A DNA stretch of 39,043 nt from Candidatus Limnocylindria bacterium. Its GTDB lineage: Bacteria; Chloroflexota; Limnocylindria; QHBO01. The position numbers and the translations under genes were made by a program. The notes beneath the pieces were generated by a model. It had not been told where the DNA came from. It ran no database searches and worked only from the letters and a program-made list of their open reading frames with translations. The stretch is taken from contig JBOGTA010000102.1 of assembly GCA_050695855.1 (NCBI GenBank), positions 1 to 39,043 on the forward strand. The letters are read 5' to 3'. Positions 26,245 through 37,763 of this stretch are shown here, in pieces. The number at the start of each line of letters is the position of its first letter. Position 1 is the first letter of the stretch.

Positions 26245-28737
26245 TTACCGCACCGTGACGATGTTCACGAGCCGGCCCGGAATGTGAACGACCCGCGCCG
26301 GGGGCCGGCCGTCGAGGTGGGCCTGCACCCGCGGCGATGCGAGCGCGAGCCGTTCGATGTCGGCCGGCGAGGTGTCGGGCGCCACGAGGAGCCGGTCGCG
26401 GAGCTTGCCATCGACCTGGACGGGCAGCTCGATCTGGTCCGCCGCCGCCACGGCGGCGTCGGCCACCGGCCAGGCCTGCTGATGGATCGAGTAGGCCCGC
26501 CCGCGCCGCGCCCAGAGCTCCTCGGCGATGTGCGGCGCTGCCGGCGCCGCCAGCAGGAGCATGGTGTCCACGGCCTCTCCCACCGCCGCGTCGCCAGCTC
26601 CCGCCGCGACCCCCTCCGCAATCGCATTCGACAGCTCCATGAGCTTCGAGACCGCGGTGTTGAAGTGCAGGGCTTCATAGTCCTCGGTGACCGCCTGGAT
26701 CGTCTGGTGGGTCGTGCGCCGCAGCGTGCGCGCCGCCCCCTCATCGGCCTGGACCGATCCCTCCGCGGCGGCCGGCGCCGGCAGGGCCTGGTGCCAGACC
26801 CGACCGAGGAAGCGGGACACGCCCTCGATTCCGGTAGGGGACCAGGGGCCTCCTTGGTCCCAGGGCCCGATGAACAGCAGGAACAGGCGGACCGTATCGG
26901 CTCCGTACTGCGCCACCAGGTCATCAGGATTGACCACGTTGCCGCGGCTCTTGCTCATCCGCTGATGGTCGGCGCCCAGGATCTGGCCCTGGTTGCGGAG
27001 GGCGAGGAACGGTTCGTCGAAGGCGAGGTGGCCCATGTCGCGCAGCGCCTTCACGAAGAATCGGCTGTACAGCAGGTGGAGCACGGCATGCTCTGCGCCG
27101 CCGGTGTACAGGTCGACCGGCATCCAGTGGCGCATGGCCTCCGGGTCCCAGGGGCCGTCCGTGTATCGCGGGGAGCAGTAGCGCAGGTAGTACCAGGATG
27201 AGTCGACGAAGGTGTCCATCGTGTCGGTCTCGCGTCGCGCGGGCTCTCCGCCGACCGGGCAGATGGCCGCCAGGAATCCGGGATGCGACTGCAGCGGCGA
27301 GACGCCGGTCGGGGCGAAGTCCACGTCGGGCGGCAGGAGGACCGGCAGCGCGGCCTCCGGCACTGGCTGCGGCCCGTGGACGTCGCAGTACACGATCGGG
27401 ATCGGCGCGCCCCAGTACCGCTGCCGGCTCACCAGCCAGTCGCGGATCTTGTATGAGACGGCCGGCCCGCCCTGTCCCCGGTCGGCGAGGTGGGCGGTGA
27501 TGGCGCGGATGCCTTCCGCCGCGCTCAATCCGGTGAACGGACCCGAGTTGATCAGCACCTCGTCATCGGTGTGGGCCACGAAGGCAGCGTCCTGCACCGG
27601 CTCGATGCCCTCCGGCGCCACCACGTAACGGATGGGCAGCTCGTACCGGCGCGCGAAGTCGAAGTCGCGTTCGTCGTGGGCCGGCACGCCCATGATCGCC
27701 CCGGTCCCGTAACCGGGCAGCACGTAGTCGGCGATCCAGATCGGGATCCGCTCATCGGTCAGCGGATTGACCGCATGGGAGCCGATGAAGATGCCGGGCC
27801 GGTCCCGCTCCGCACTCAGCCGCTCGATCTCGCTTTCGCGTCGGGCGGCCGCGACGTAGGCCTCCACTTCCGCCCGTCGCTCGTCGGTGGTCAGCCGCGG
27901 AACCAGCGGATGCTCGGGGGCGAGGACCATGAAGGTCGCGCCAAAGATGGTATCCGGGCGGGTGGTGAAGACTCGGATTGGCTCCACCGCATCGGTATCC
28001 GCTCCGTCTGGGGCCACCGGGAATTCGATCTCCGCCCCCTCCGATCGGCCGATCCAGTTCGTCTGCATCAGCAGGATCGGCTCGGGCCAATCGAGGCCGG
28101 AGAAATCGCGCAGCTCGTCGGCGTAGCGGGTGATCCGGAAGAACCACTGCTCCAGGTCCCGCTTCTCCACCGGCGTCCCGCACCGCCAGCAATGGCGATC
28201 GGCCCCTTCCACCTGCTCGCGGGCCAGGACGACCTGGTCCTTGGGGCACCAGTCGACCGGGGCCATGGCCTTGTACGCCAGGCCGGCGCGGTAGAACTGC
28301 AGGAACAGCCACTGGGTCCAGCGGTAGAACTCCGGGTCGGAGGCGATGACCTCGCGCGACCAGTCCCACGATGCGCCCATCGTCCGGAACTGGGCCCTCA
28401 TGCGGTCGATGTTGACGCTGGTCCATTCCGCCGGATGGACGCCGCGGTCGATGGCCGCGTTCTCGGCCGGCAGCCCGAACGAGTCAAAGCCCATCGGCAG
28501 CATCACGTGCTGGCCCTGCATCCGGTGCATGCGGGCCACGACGTCGGGTCCAACCGAGGCGTACCAGTGACCGATATGGACGTCGCCGCTGGTATACGGA
28601 TACATCGTGAGCAGGTAGAACGGGCCTGGGGCCTCTTCTCGGGCGCGGTACAGCTCGTCGCGCTCCCAGCGCTGGCGCCATTTCGCCTCGTAGGACGCAG
28701 GGTCGAAGCGCTCTACTCCGTCCGGGCGGCGGCTCAT
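26245..28737 (-). CDS. leuS: leucine--tRNA ligase
   Basis: [14 protein letters not shown] (HIGH) and QRMSKSRGN (KMSKS). The start MSRRPDG at 28737 overlaps the GNAT stop (ATGA). Confidence 0.97.
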   Translation of the reverse strand: MSRRPDGVERFDPASYEAKWRQRWERDELYRAREEAPGPFYLLTMYPYTSGDVHIGHWYASVGPDVVARMHRMQGQHVMLPMGFDSFGLPAENAAIDRGVHPAEWTSVNIDRMRAQFRTMGASWDWSREVIASDPEFYRWTQWLFLQFYRAGLAYKAMAPVDWCPKDQVVLAREQVEGADRHCWRCGTPVEKRDLEQWFFRITRYADELRDFSGLDWPEPILLMQTNWIGRSEGAEIEFPVAPDGADTDAVEPIRVFTTRPDTIFGATFMVLAPEHPLVPRLTTDERRAEVEAYVAAARRESEIERLSAERDRPGIFIGSHAVNPLTDERIPIWIADYVLPGYGTGAIMGVPAHDERDFDFARRYELPIRYVVAPEGIEPVQDAAFVAHTDDEVLINSGPFTGLSAAEGIRAITAHLADRGQGGPAVSYKIRDWLVSRQRYWGAPIPIVYCDVHGPQPVPEAALPVLLPPDVDFAPTGVSPLQSHPGFLAAICPVGGEPARRETDTMDTFVDSSWYYLRYCSPRYTDGPWDPEAMRHWMPVDLYTGGAEHAVLHLLYSRFFVKALRDMGHLAFDEPFLALRNQGQILGADHQRMSKSRGNVVNPDDLVAQYGADTVRLFLLFIGPWDQGGPWSPTGIEGVSRFLGRVWHQALPAPAAAEGSVQADEGAARTLRRTTHQTIQAVTEDYEALHFNTAVSKLMELSNAIAEGVAAGAGDAAVGEAVDTMLLLAAPAAPHIAEELWARRGRAYSIHQQAWPVADAAVAAADQIELPVQVDGKLRDRLLVAPDTSPADIERLALASPRVQAHLDGRPPARVVHIPGRLVNIVTVR

Positions 28738-29330
28738 GGCGCGTCCCCCCGGGCCTGCCATCGGTCTGCCGCTTCCCCGCCCCCCGGGAACCAGGCCATC
28801 AGCAGCTCGTCGCGGTACGTGCCGTCCGCCTGGCGGTACTGCTGGCGGCGCAGCCCCTCCCGCACGAACCCGGCCCGAGCGTAGACCGCGATGGCGCGCG
28901 CATTGTCCGGGAAGACGCTGAGCGCCAGGCGGGTCAGGCCGCGGTCGCGGACCCAGTCCTGGGCGGCGGCCACCAGGGCCGTGCCCAGCCCGACGTCGCG
29001 CCAGCCCTCGGCCACGGTGACCGAGAGGATCCCGACGTGCCGGGAGCTCACGTCACGATCCGACATGACCAGGGCGTTGCCCACTACCTCCCCGCCGGCC
29101 TCGGCCACCAGCACGGCTGCCTCGTCGGCGCGGATCAGCTCCCCGATGAAAAAGGCCTCGGACGGTGGGTTGAGGGCAGTCGGCGGGGTGACCAGCCAGC
29201 GGCCCTCGGCCCGGACCGCGACGTACAGCCGAGCCAGCGGCTCGGCGTCAGCCGGCCGCGCGGCGCGCAGCAGCCAGTGGCGGCCGTCGGCCGCGGTGCG
29301 CTCCGAGATGAAGGGGCTTGCCGTGGTCAC
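28734..29330 (-). CDS. GNAT-family N-acetyltransferase
   Basis: Acetyl-CoA motif [18 protein letters not shown], then ...[13 protein letters not shown]. The GTG at 29330 is the first in-frame start below the tRNA. The upstream part of the ORF is tRNA read-through. Confidence 0.8.
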   Translation of the reverse strand: MTTASPFISERTAADGRHWLLRAARPADAEPLARLYVAVRAEGRWLVTPPTALNPPSEAFFIGELIRADEAAVLVAEAGGEVVGNALVMSDRDVSSRHVGILSVTVAEGWRDVGLGTALVAAAQDWVRDRGLTRLALSVFPDNARAIAVYARAGFVREGLRRQQYRQADGTYRDELLMAWFPGGGEAADRWQARGDAP

Positions 29331-29380
29331 CGCTGGGGTCCCGTCCGTATCGGTCCATTCCGCGTTCGTTGATGAAACGC

Positions 29381-29409
29381 GACCCCGCTTCGTCAGGACG
29401 AAGGGGGTC
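29381..29409 (-). terminator. strong hairpin downstream of tRNA-Ala(GGC)
   Basis: The minus-strand RNA reads GACCCCCUUCGU-CCUG-ACGAAGCGGGGUC. This is a 12-bp stem with one bulged G, followed by GCGUUUCAUC (a modest U tract). Confidence 0.4.
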
Positions 29410-29442
29410 AGCCTCGCGGTACCACCATGACTTGACCGATGA

Positions 29443-29518
29443 TGGTGGAGCTGGGGGGACTCGAACCCCCGACCCCCTGCATGCCATGCAGGTGCTCTCC
29501 CAGCTGAGCTACAACCCC
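29443..29518 (-). tRNA. tRNA-Ala (anticodon GGC), CCA encoded
   Basis: Hand-folded 76-nt cloverleaf: GGGGTTG/CAGCTCC acceptor with G3:U70, anticodon arm CCTGC-ATGGCAT-GCAGG, T-loop TTCGAGT, and 3' ACCA. Confidence 0.95.
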
Positions 29519-29677
29519 ACGGTCGGTCCACTCACTGGCGCGATATCGGACGCCGCCCCGGCCTTGCGGCTGCTCGGCGGGCGAGTTCCGCGCCCCTCCG
29601 TCGCCGGCTTCCACCGTCCCGGCTCGCTGCAGACGAGGCGATGCGCCTACTGCTCCCGCGTCAACGCGTTCATCCGG

Positions 29678-29707
29678 AGTATACCCAAGGCGCTCGCCGC
29701 CTCTCAA
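29678..29707 (-). promoter_or_regulatory. sigma-70-like promoter candidate upstream of tRNA-Ala(GGC)
   Basis: On the minus strand: TTGAGA (29707-29702), an 18-nt spacer, then TATACT (29683-29678). This would give a leader of about 150 nt before the tRNA. Confidence 0.3.
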
Positions 29708-29896
29708 TCCTGCCTGGATCTGTTGCGCATGCGTGGGGCGCATCCATCCGCCAACATCAGCCGCTTCCCTGGCCGCCGTATGCGCGTCGCGCACAACTGG
29801 CCGAAGAAACCCCCGAAATGGCCTGATTCCGCCGCCTGCTTGGCCGATACAGGCGTAGGTCGCATTGGGCGCGATGCGGTGTGCCTCCCTGAGGCG

Positions 29897-30865
29897 TCAG
29901 AGGAGGGTGCGGAGGCCGGCCTCGAGGTCGCGCGGAGCGTAGCCCAGCTCCCGCCTGGCCTTGGCATCGGTGAACCAGTACGTCACTCCCACCGAGCCGC
30001 GGACAATCTCGGCGAGGTTCGGCTCGCCGCCCAGGGCGGGACCAACTAACGAGGCGACCGGCGCGGCGGCCCGAAGCAGCCATGATGGCGTGGTAACTCG
30101 CGGTGGCCGCTTTCCCGCTAGTGCTGCCGCCCGCCGAACGACTTCGCCGAGGGTGGCGATCTCCCCACCGAGGAGGTACGCCTCGCCGGGCGCCCCACGA
30201 GCGTGGATGAGCACCATCCCGGCCGCCACGTCGTCGACGTGGGCGAAGGTCCCGCCCAGCTCCGCGGCGCTCAGCGCTGCCAGCCGTCCTGCCATCGCCT
30301 GGGCAATGACCCCGCCCACCTGGGAGGGGTCGTCCGGACCGTAGGTCATGCCGGGCATGGCGATGAGGATCGGGGCGCCGGCCCCGGCCCGCTCCCGGGC
30401 CGCCAGGTGGGCGAGGTACTTCGTCTCGTCGTAGTACGAGAGGTAGGCCGGTGGTTGCGGCCGTTCGTAGGACTCGTCCACCACCCGCCCATCGGTGTTG
30501 CCGAACACGTTTGCGGTGGACGCGTAGACGATCCGCCCCACCCCGGCGGCAATCCCGGCATCGAGCACAGCCCGGGTGGCCACCACGTTGGCCGCGAACA
30601 TCGGTGCATGCTCGGATTCTGGGATGCCCACACGGTAGCTCCCCGCCAGGTGGAAGAGCGCATCGGCTCCGTCCATGGCCGCGGCCAGGCGATCGGCCGG
30701 CATCGCGGCCAGGTCTCCCTCCACCAGGGTGCAGCCGAGGTCGCCCAGACCCGCGGCGCGAGCCTGATTGCGAACGATGGCCACCACCTCGTCGCCGCGG
30801 CCGCGCAGCTGGCGCACCAGCGCGATCCCGATGAACCCGGCCCCGCCGGTTACCACGGCCTTCAT
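29897..30865 (-). CDS. NAD-dependent epimerase/dehydratase (extended SDR)
   Basis: MKAVVTGGAGFIG Rossmann motif and catalytic YDETK. Start taken at ATG 30865. Confidence 0.88.
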   Translation of the reverse strand: MKAVVTGGAGFIGIALVRQLRGRGDEVVAIVRNQARAAGLGDLGCTLVEGDLAAMPADRLAAAMDGADALFHLAGSYRVGIPESEHAPMFAANVVATRAVLDAGIAAGVGRIVYASTANVFGNTDGRVVDESYERPQPPAYLSYYDETKYLAHLAARERAGAGAPILIAMPGMTYGPDDPSQVGGVIAQAMAGRLAALSAAELGGTFAHVDDVAAGMVLIHARGAPGEAYLLGGEIATLGEVVRRAAALAGKRPPRVTTPSWLLRAAAPVASLVGPALGGEPNLAEIVRGSVGVTYWFTDAKARRELGYAPRDLEAGLRTLL

Positions 30866-30950
30866 CTGGCATCTCTCACGGTGAGCATCTTGACGGGCCG
30901 GGACCATCGGTCAATGGCGGGAATTGGGCCACCGGCTATCCTGCCCGGTG

Positions 30951-31781
30951 ATGAGCGCCATGAGCTCCCGGGCCCTGCCCTTCGCGGTCATCGCCCTGAG
31001 CGTCGTCTTCTTCGGGGTGCTGGTCTGGTTTGCCGTCGCCGGCGGCGGGTCACTGACCGATCCAGCCGAGATCCTGACCCGCGGCGTGGAAGCCACCTCC
31101 GAGGCGGACAGCTTCCACCTGGCGGTGGCCGTGTCGGGGAGCGTCACGGACCCCGAGTCGGGCACGGGGGTGCCGCTTGACGGGGTGACCGTGGAAGGCG
31201 ACGTGGACCTGGCGAACGAAGCCGCCCACATCAGTCTTGCAGTGCCATTCATGCTCGGCTTGAGCGGGGAGGCCATCGTCCTGGGCCAGGACACCTACCT
31301 GAAGACCTCGCTGACTGGGGTGAAGTGGATCCACACCCCGGCCACGGATGAGGGCGAGCCGCATCCGGAGCCGTCTGACCCGGCGGAGATCGCCGACAAG
31401 GTGGCCGAGTTTCTGGCGACGGAGGGTGTGTCGATCGAGAAGCTGGCCGATGAGCCCTGCGGCGACGATATCTGCTACCACCTGCGGCTCACGGTCTCAG
31501 CGAGGGCCCTCGCCGCGCATCCCGACGCCCTGCCGGACATGGGCGAATTCGGAGACCTCTTCCCCGTCGACGAGCTCCTTGGCCCGGCGGTCGTGGACCT
31601 GCTGTTCGATCACAACGGCCTCTGGCTGCGCCAGGTGTCTACCGCCGCGGCGGATCCTGAGTCGGGAGACGTGGAGCTGACCGTGGCCCTGAGCCAGTAC
31701 AACGAGTCGTTTGACATCAGCGCGCCGCCGCCGGACGAGGTGACCGACGAAGGGGAGTTCCCCTTCTTCCCGACCGACTGA
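30951..31781 (+). CDS. membrane-anchored LppX/LprAFG-like (DUF1396-like) protein
   Basis: N-terminal TM segment. PAEILTRGVEATSEADSFHLAVAVSGSV resembles the N-terminus of the LprG/LppX lipid-binding fold. There is no lipobox Cys. The start is ambiguous (TTG 30924, ATG 30951 or ATG 30960). Confidence 0.65.
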   Translation: MSAMSSRALPFAVIALSVVFFGVLVWFAVAGGGSLTDPAEILTRGVEATSEADSFHLAVAVSGSVTDPESGTGVPLDGVTVEGDVDLANEAAHISLAVPFMLGLSGEAIVLGQDTYLKTSLTGVKWIHTPATDEGEPHPEPSDPAEIADKVAEFLATEGVSIEKLADEPCGDDICYHLRLTVSARALAAHPDALPDMGEFGDLFPVDELLGPAVVDLLFDHNGLWLRQVSTAAADPESGDVELTVALSQYNESFDISAPPPDEVTDEGEFPFFPTD

Positions 31782-31895
31782 GAGCCCTATACGGGGGACG
31801 CCTCAGGCCTTTGCCCGGCCGCTAGAATGGGGGACCGACGCGATCCGAAGCCGTGTCGCCCCATGGCGTCGCGTCAATGATGGGAGGTAAGCGTC

Positions 31896-32978
<1,083 letters not shown>

Positions 32979-33039
32979 TCGAACCGATGGCCTCGGGTCG
33001 GAGCCTGCTCCGCCCCGAGGCTGAACAGACCGCCAGGCC

Positions 33040-34230
33040 ATGACACCGGCCAGGCACCCGGAACACGAGCACGTCGCGCCACCACCGTGGCGCGACGTTC
33101 GCGTCCTGCGCGTCGTCACGCAGGTGGTTGTCCTCCTGGCCGTGGGCATCGGCGCGGCCTACCTGATCAGCAACCTGACGACGGCCATGGCAGAGCGGGG
33201 CCTGTCGTTCGGGTACGACTTCCTGGACCGGAGGGCCGGGTTCGAGATCGGCGAGAGCCCCATCCCGTATAGCGCGACGGCCAGCTATGGGCAGGCGTTC
33301 GTGGTGGGGCTGCTGAACACCCTGTTCGTCTCCGTGGTCGGGATCATCCTGGCCACGGTCCTGGGCGTGATCATCGGCGTGGCGCGCCTGTCGCCCAACT
33401 GGCTGGTCAGCAAGGTTGCCGCCGGATACGTGGAGGTCATCCGCAACACGCCGCTGCTGGTCCAGCTGTTCGTCATCTATTTCGCTGTCCTGCTCCAGCT
33501 CCCCGCGGTTCGCGACACGATCGCGCTCCCCGGGTCCATCTTCCTCAACCAGCGCGGCCTCTTCGTGCCGTCACCCCAGCTCGGCCCGACCTTTGGCCTC
33601 TGGCTGGCCATCCTGGGCACCGGTATGGCGCTCGCCGTCATCGGGCGGGTGGTCGCGGCCCGCCGAGATGCAGCGGGGCTCCCCACCTACCGCCTCGGCC
33701 TGGCCGGAGCCCTGGTCCTTGTCGGCCTGGCGGTGGTCGGCTGGCTGCTGGTCGGTGACCCACCGCTGACGTTCGAACTGCCGGTGCGCGGCCGATTCAA
33801 CTTCAGTGGCGGCCTCGCCCTGTCCACCTCGTTCACAGCGCTGCTGGTGGGGCTCGTGCTCTACACCGCCGGCTTCATTGCCGAGGTGGTCCGAGGGGGC
33901 ATCCAGGCGGTGCGTCGAGGGCAGTTGGAGGCTGCGCGGGCCCTGGGGTTGTCGGAGGGCGACACGCTGCGGTTGGTCGTCTTTCCCCAGGCCCTGCGGG
34001 TGATCGTGCCGCCGCTGACCAGCCAGTACCTGAACCTGGCCAAGAACTCGAGCCTGGCGATCGCGGTGGGCTACCCCGACCTGTTCAAGGTCGGGACCAC
34101 CATGGCCAACCAGACCGGCCAGCCGGTGCCCGTCATTGCCCTGGTGATGGGAACTTATCTCGCCATCAGCCTGGGGACCTCGCTGCTGATGAATCTCTAC
34201 AACCGCCGGGTCCAGGTCCTGGAGCGATAG
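33040..34230 (+). CDS. aapQ: amino-acid ABC transporter permease (AapQ/BztB type)
   Basis: ~400-aa permease with an EAA-like loop (GQLEAARALGLSEGDTLRLVVFPQALR). Confidence 0.9.
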   Translation: MTPARHPEHEHVAPPPWRDVRVLRVVTQVVVLLAVGIGAAYLISNLTTAMAERGLSFGYDFLDRRAGFEIGESPIPYSATASYGQAFVVGLLNTLFVSVVGIILATVLGVIIGVARLSPNWLVSKVAAGYVEVIRNTPLLVQLFVIYFAVLLQLPAVRDTIALPGSIFLNQRGLFVPSPQLGPTFGLWLAILGTGMALAVIGRVVAARRDAAGLPTYRLGLAGALVLVGLAVVGWLLVGDPPLTFELPVRGRFNFSGGLALSTSFTALLVGLVLYTAGFIAEVVRGGIQAVRRGQLEAARALGLSEGDTLRLVVFPQALRVIVPPLTSQYLNLAKNSSLAIAVGYPDLFKVGTTMANQTGQPVPVIALVMGTYLAISLGTSLLMNLYNRRVQVLER

Positions 34231-34237
34231 AGACCCG

Positions 34238-35427
34238 ATGACCGTTGACGTCCTTCCTCCCCCTCCCGGCACCATCGGCCCGGTGGCCTGGCTGAGGAAG
34301 AACCTGTTCTCAAGCGTGGCGAACACCGTGCTGACGGTGGTGATCGCGGCCCTCCTCGGGGCCGTGGTCATCGCGATTGGCCAATGGGCCCTGACGGAGG
34401 CGCGCTGGGACGTCGTCAGCCGAAATCTGCGGCTGTTCCTCATCGGTCAATATCCGGCCAATCAGGCCTGGCGGATCTGGCTCAGCCTTTTCATCTTGTC
34501 CGCCCTGACAAGCCTTTCGGCGGGGAGCTTCGGGCGAACCACCCGGTCGCTGGCGGTTGCGCTGTCCTCGTTCCAGGCGGTGCTCGCCGGCCTGACGGCG
34601 GTGTCGTCGGTTGGTCCCCTGATCACCATCGGTCTGGCAGTGAATGCGGCCCTGATCTGGGCGGGGCTCGCGACCGGCTTCCGGCTGCGCCTACCCCGGC
34701 GCCCGCTGATGATCGCCTGGTTCGCCTCGATCCCGGTCATCTTCGTGCTGGTGAATGGGATCGGGGAATCGCCCGTTCCGGCGGTGAGCTCAAACCTGTG
34801 GGGCGGACTGCTGTTGACGGTGCTGCTTGCCGCCTTCGGCATCGTCCTGGCGTTCCCGCTGGGCGTGCTGCTCGCCCTCGGGCGCCGCAGTGCCCTGCCG
34901 GTGATGCGGATCCTGAGCACGGTCTACATCGAGGTCATCCGCGGCGTCCCGCTGGTCACCATCCTGTTCATGGCCGACATCCTGCTGCCGTTTTTCCTGC
35001 CCGGCGAGGTGCGAATCGACCGTGTCACCCGGGCCCTGGGCGGCATCACGCTCTTCTCGGCGGCCTACGTCGCCGAGAACGTGCGCGGCGGCCTGCAGGC
35101 CATCCCGACCGGCCAGATCGAGGCGGCCCAGGCCCTGGGCCTGAGCACCGCCCGGACCAACATCCACATCGTGCTGCCGCAGGCGTTGCGGGCGGTGATC
35201 CCCGCCAACGTGGGGCTCTTCATCAGCCTGTTGAAGGACACGACCCTGGTGACGATCATCGGGCTCATGGAGCTGCTGGGCATCGGTCGCGCGATCCTCG
35301 CCCAGCCTGAGTCGCTGGGAGCCCACCTGGAGGTCTACTTCTTCATCGGCGCGGTGTTCTTTGTGCTCTGCTACGCGATGTCGCAGGCCAGCTATCGGCT
35401 GGAAACGGCACTCGGGGTGGGTACGCG

Positions 35428-35431
<4 letters not shown>
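34238..35431 (+). CDS. aapM: amino-acid ABC transporter permease (AapM/BztC type)
   Basis: GQIEAAQALGLSTARTNIHIVLPQALR, preceded by a long N-terminal TM extension. Confidence 0.9.
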
Positions 35432-36180
<749 letters not shown>

Positions 36181-36232
36181 GCGACGTGACGGTGGCAGCC
36201 GAGCACCCCACCTGCAGCGGAGGGCCCCCGGG

Positions 36233-37660
36233 CTAGTCGACCGCGAGGTCCTCGGAGCTCTCCCGCTCCCCAGCCGGCATCTGGTCGACCGCGTACACCC
36301 GCCACTGCCCGGGCACGCCCTTGAGCCTGTGGCGACCGCGATCCTCGAAGGTGAGCCCGGAGCCGGCGACGAGGTCTCGCACGGTGCTCGACACGAGGAC
36401 CTCGCTGGGCCGGGCGAGGGACATGACTCGCGCGCCGATGGCGACCGCGATGCCGGTCACATCATCGCCCTGCATGGTGAGTTCGCCGGTATGCAGGCCA
36501 GCCCTGAGCTCGACTCCCATGCGCTGGACAGCCTGCACGACGCTTTGGGCACAGCGGATGGCGCGGGCCGGGCCGTCGAAGGTGATCAGGAAGCCGTCGC
36601 CCAGCGTTTTGATCTCGCGCCCGCGGTAGCGGGCCACGTGAGCGCGAACGATCCGGTTGTGCTCGTCGACGATTCCCATCCAGGCCGCGTCGCCGAGCTG
36701 TGCGGCACGGTCGGTTGACCCCACCAGGTCGGTGAAGAGGATGGTGGCGAGGACCCGCTCGAGGTCAACCTCTTCCGCACGGATCGCGCCCACGAATCGC
36801 TCGATGGCCGAGGCGGCTCGCTCTGATCCGGGGATCCAGGGCAGCTGAGGCTCATCGGGCAGACGGAGGAGCTCGGCAGCCGGGATCAGATCAGCCAGAT
36901 GTCGGCCGATGGCCGGGTTTGGGCGGCGGTCGATGACCAGGGTCGGAACGTGGATTGCGGGCAGGACATGACGATAGTCGGCATCAATCCAGACGCGGTT
37001 CTGCAGGACGGCCAGTCCTGGCGTCAGGCTGTGCCGCAGATAGCGTGCCGTCATGGCGACGTAGCTTGGATCCTCCGCCCGCGAGTCGCCCACCCGGGCC
37101 ATGAACCATCGCTCAAAGGCGCCGGTCCCCCAGCCGCCTTCGATGTGGTCGGTCTCTTCGCGGTGGTACTCCGCGGTCTCGCCCCATGGATAGTCTTCGG
37201 CCCACGCCACCCGCGGCAGGGCGTGAATGAGAACCAATCCCAAGGCGCGTTCCGGGAAGCTGGCCGCAAACAGAGCCATCAGGGCGCAGCCAATGGTGAG
37301 TCCGACGAGCACCGCTCGGTCCGAGCCGGCGGCGTCCATGACCGCCCGGACATCGTCCATCATCGTGTCCAGGGCGGGCGCCTGGGAAACGGCGTCGGAG
37401 AGGCCCGACCCGCGGCGGTCGAAGAGGATCAGCCGATGCCCTCGGCCAAGGTGGCGAAGAAACGGCTCAATCTCCGAGTGCTCCCAGATGAGGTCGACGT
37501 TCGAGAACCAGCCGGGCGAGAAGACGATATCGACCGGGCCATCGCCGAGGACCTGATAGGCAACGTGCGAACCGTCGCCCGTGCGCGCGTACCGCGTGTC
37601 TGGGATCACTCCCGTAGTGTCGAGCCGTGATCGCGGGTCTGTCGAGCCCCCTGGGCCCAC
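36233..37660 (-). CDS. alpha/beta-hydrolase-fold domain fused to a class III adenylate/guanylate cyclase domain
   Basis: N-terminus: VAYQVLGDGPVDIVFSPG...LILFDRRGSGLSD. C-terminus: ILFTDLVGST...KTLGDGFLITF...LRAGLHTGE...GIAVAIGARV. An alternative GTG start lies at 37609. Confidence 0.88.
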   Translation of the reverse strand: MGPGGSTDPRSRLDTTGVIPDTRYARTGDGSHVAYQVLGDGPVDIVFSPGWFSNVDLIWEHSEIEPFLRHLGRGHRLILFDRRGSGLSDAVSQAPALDTMMDDVRAVMDAAGSDRAVLVGLTIGCALMALFAASFPERALGLVLIHALPRVAWAEDYPWGETAEYHREETDHIEGGWGTGAFERWFMARVGDSRAEDPSYVAMTARYLRHSLTPGLAVLQNRVWIDADYRHVLPAIHVPTLVIDRRPNPAIGRHLADLIPAAELLRLPDEPQLPWIPGSERAASAIERFVGAIRAEEVDLERVLATILFTDLVGSTDRAAQLGDAAWMGIVDEHNRIVRAHVARYRGREIKTLGDGFLITFDGPARAIRCAQSVVQAVQRMGVELRAGLHTGELTMQGDDVTGIAVAIGARVMSLARPSEVLVSSTVRDLVAGSGLTFEDRGRHRLKGVPGQWRVYAVDQMPAGERESSEDLAVD

Positions 37661-37676
37661 TCCATCAGGTCAGTGT

Positions 37677-37721
37677 CCGGTCGAGCGCACGCGGCGGTTC
37701 CTGTTTCAGATCCTGCACTGA
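37677..37721 (+). pseudogene. orphan 3'-terminal fragment of a GlnQ/AapP-type ABC ATPase gene
   Basis: It translates to PVERTRRFLFQILH*, compared with PVHARTRRFLSQILH* at the true aapP end (36133-36180). By hand alignment, 33 of 45 nt are identical, and most mismatches are at third codon positions. Confidence 0.5.
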
Positions 37722-37763
37722 ACCCATCGCTCCGCGGCATACTGCGCGGACGATCAATCGACG

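Noticed and set aside
28738-29442. Expectation of a T-box leader upstream of leuS.
   Set aside because: The leuS start overlaps the stop of the GNAT gene (ATGA), so there is no leader. The 112 nt between the tRNA and GNAT contain a terminator-like hairpin but no specifier-loop or T-box sequence that I could recognise.
28734-29531. ORFs that read through the tRNA genes: the 5' part of 28734-29531, plus 37665-38723 and 38491-38946.
   Set aside because: They contain the tell-tale GCSSAGRAP...G(R/Q)GFESP peptide that results from translating a tRNA gene. The tRNA-Ala cloverleaves fold perfectly, so these ORF segments are spurious.
29519-29896. RNase P RNA, SRP RNA, tmRNA or 6C-type small RNA in the large intergenic gap.
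   Set aside because: I could not find the universally conserved RNase P (GGAAAGUCCGGGC / ACAGAACCCGGCUUA), SRP domain IV or tmRNA tag and tRNA-like signatures by eye. The gap is kept only as an unassigned-region finding.
31811-31828. TTGCCC ... TAGAAT upstream of aapJ, considered as a promoter.
   Set aside because: The hexamers are only 6 nt apart. The sequence 17 nt upstream of TAGAAT (GCCTCA) is a poor -35. The TAGAAT alone may still be a -10, but I cannot support a promoter call.
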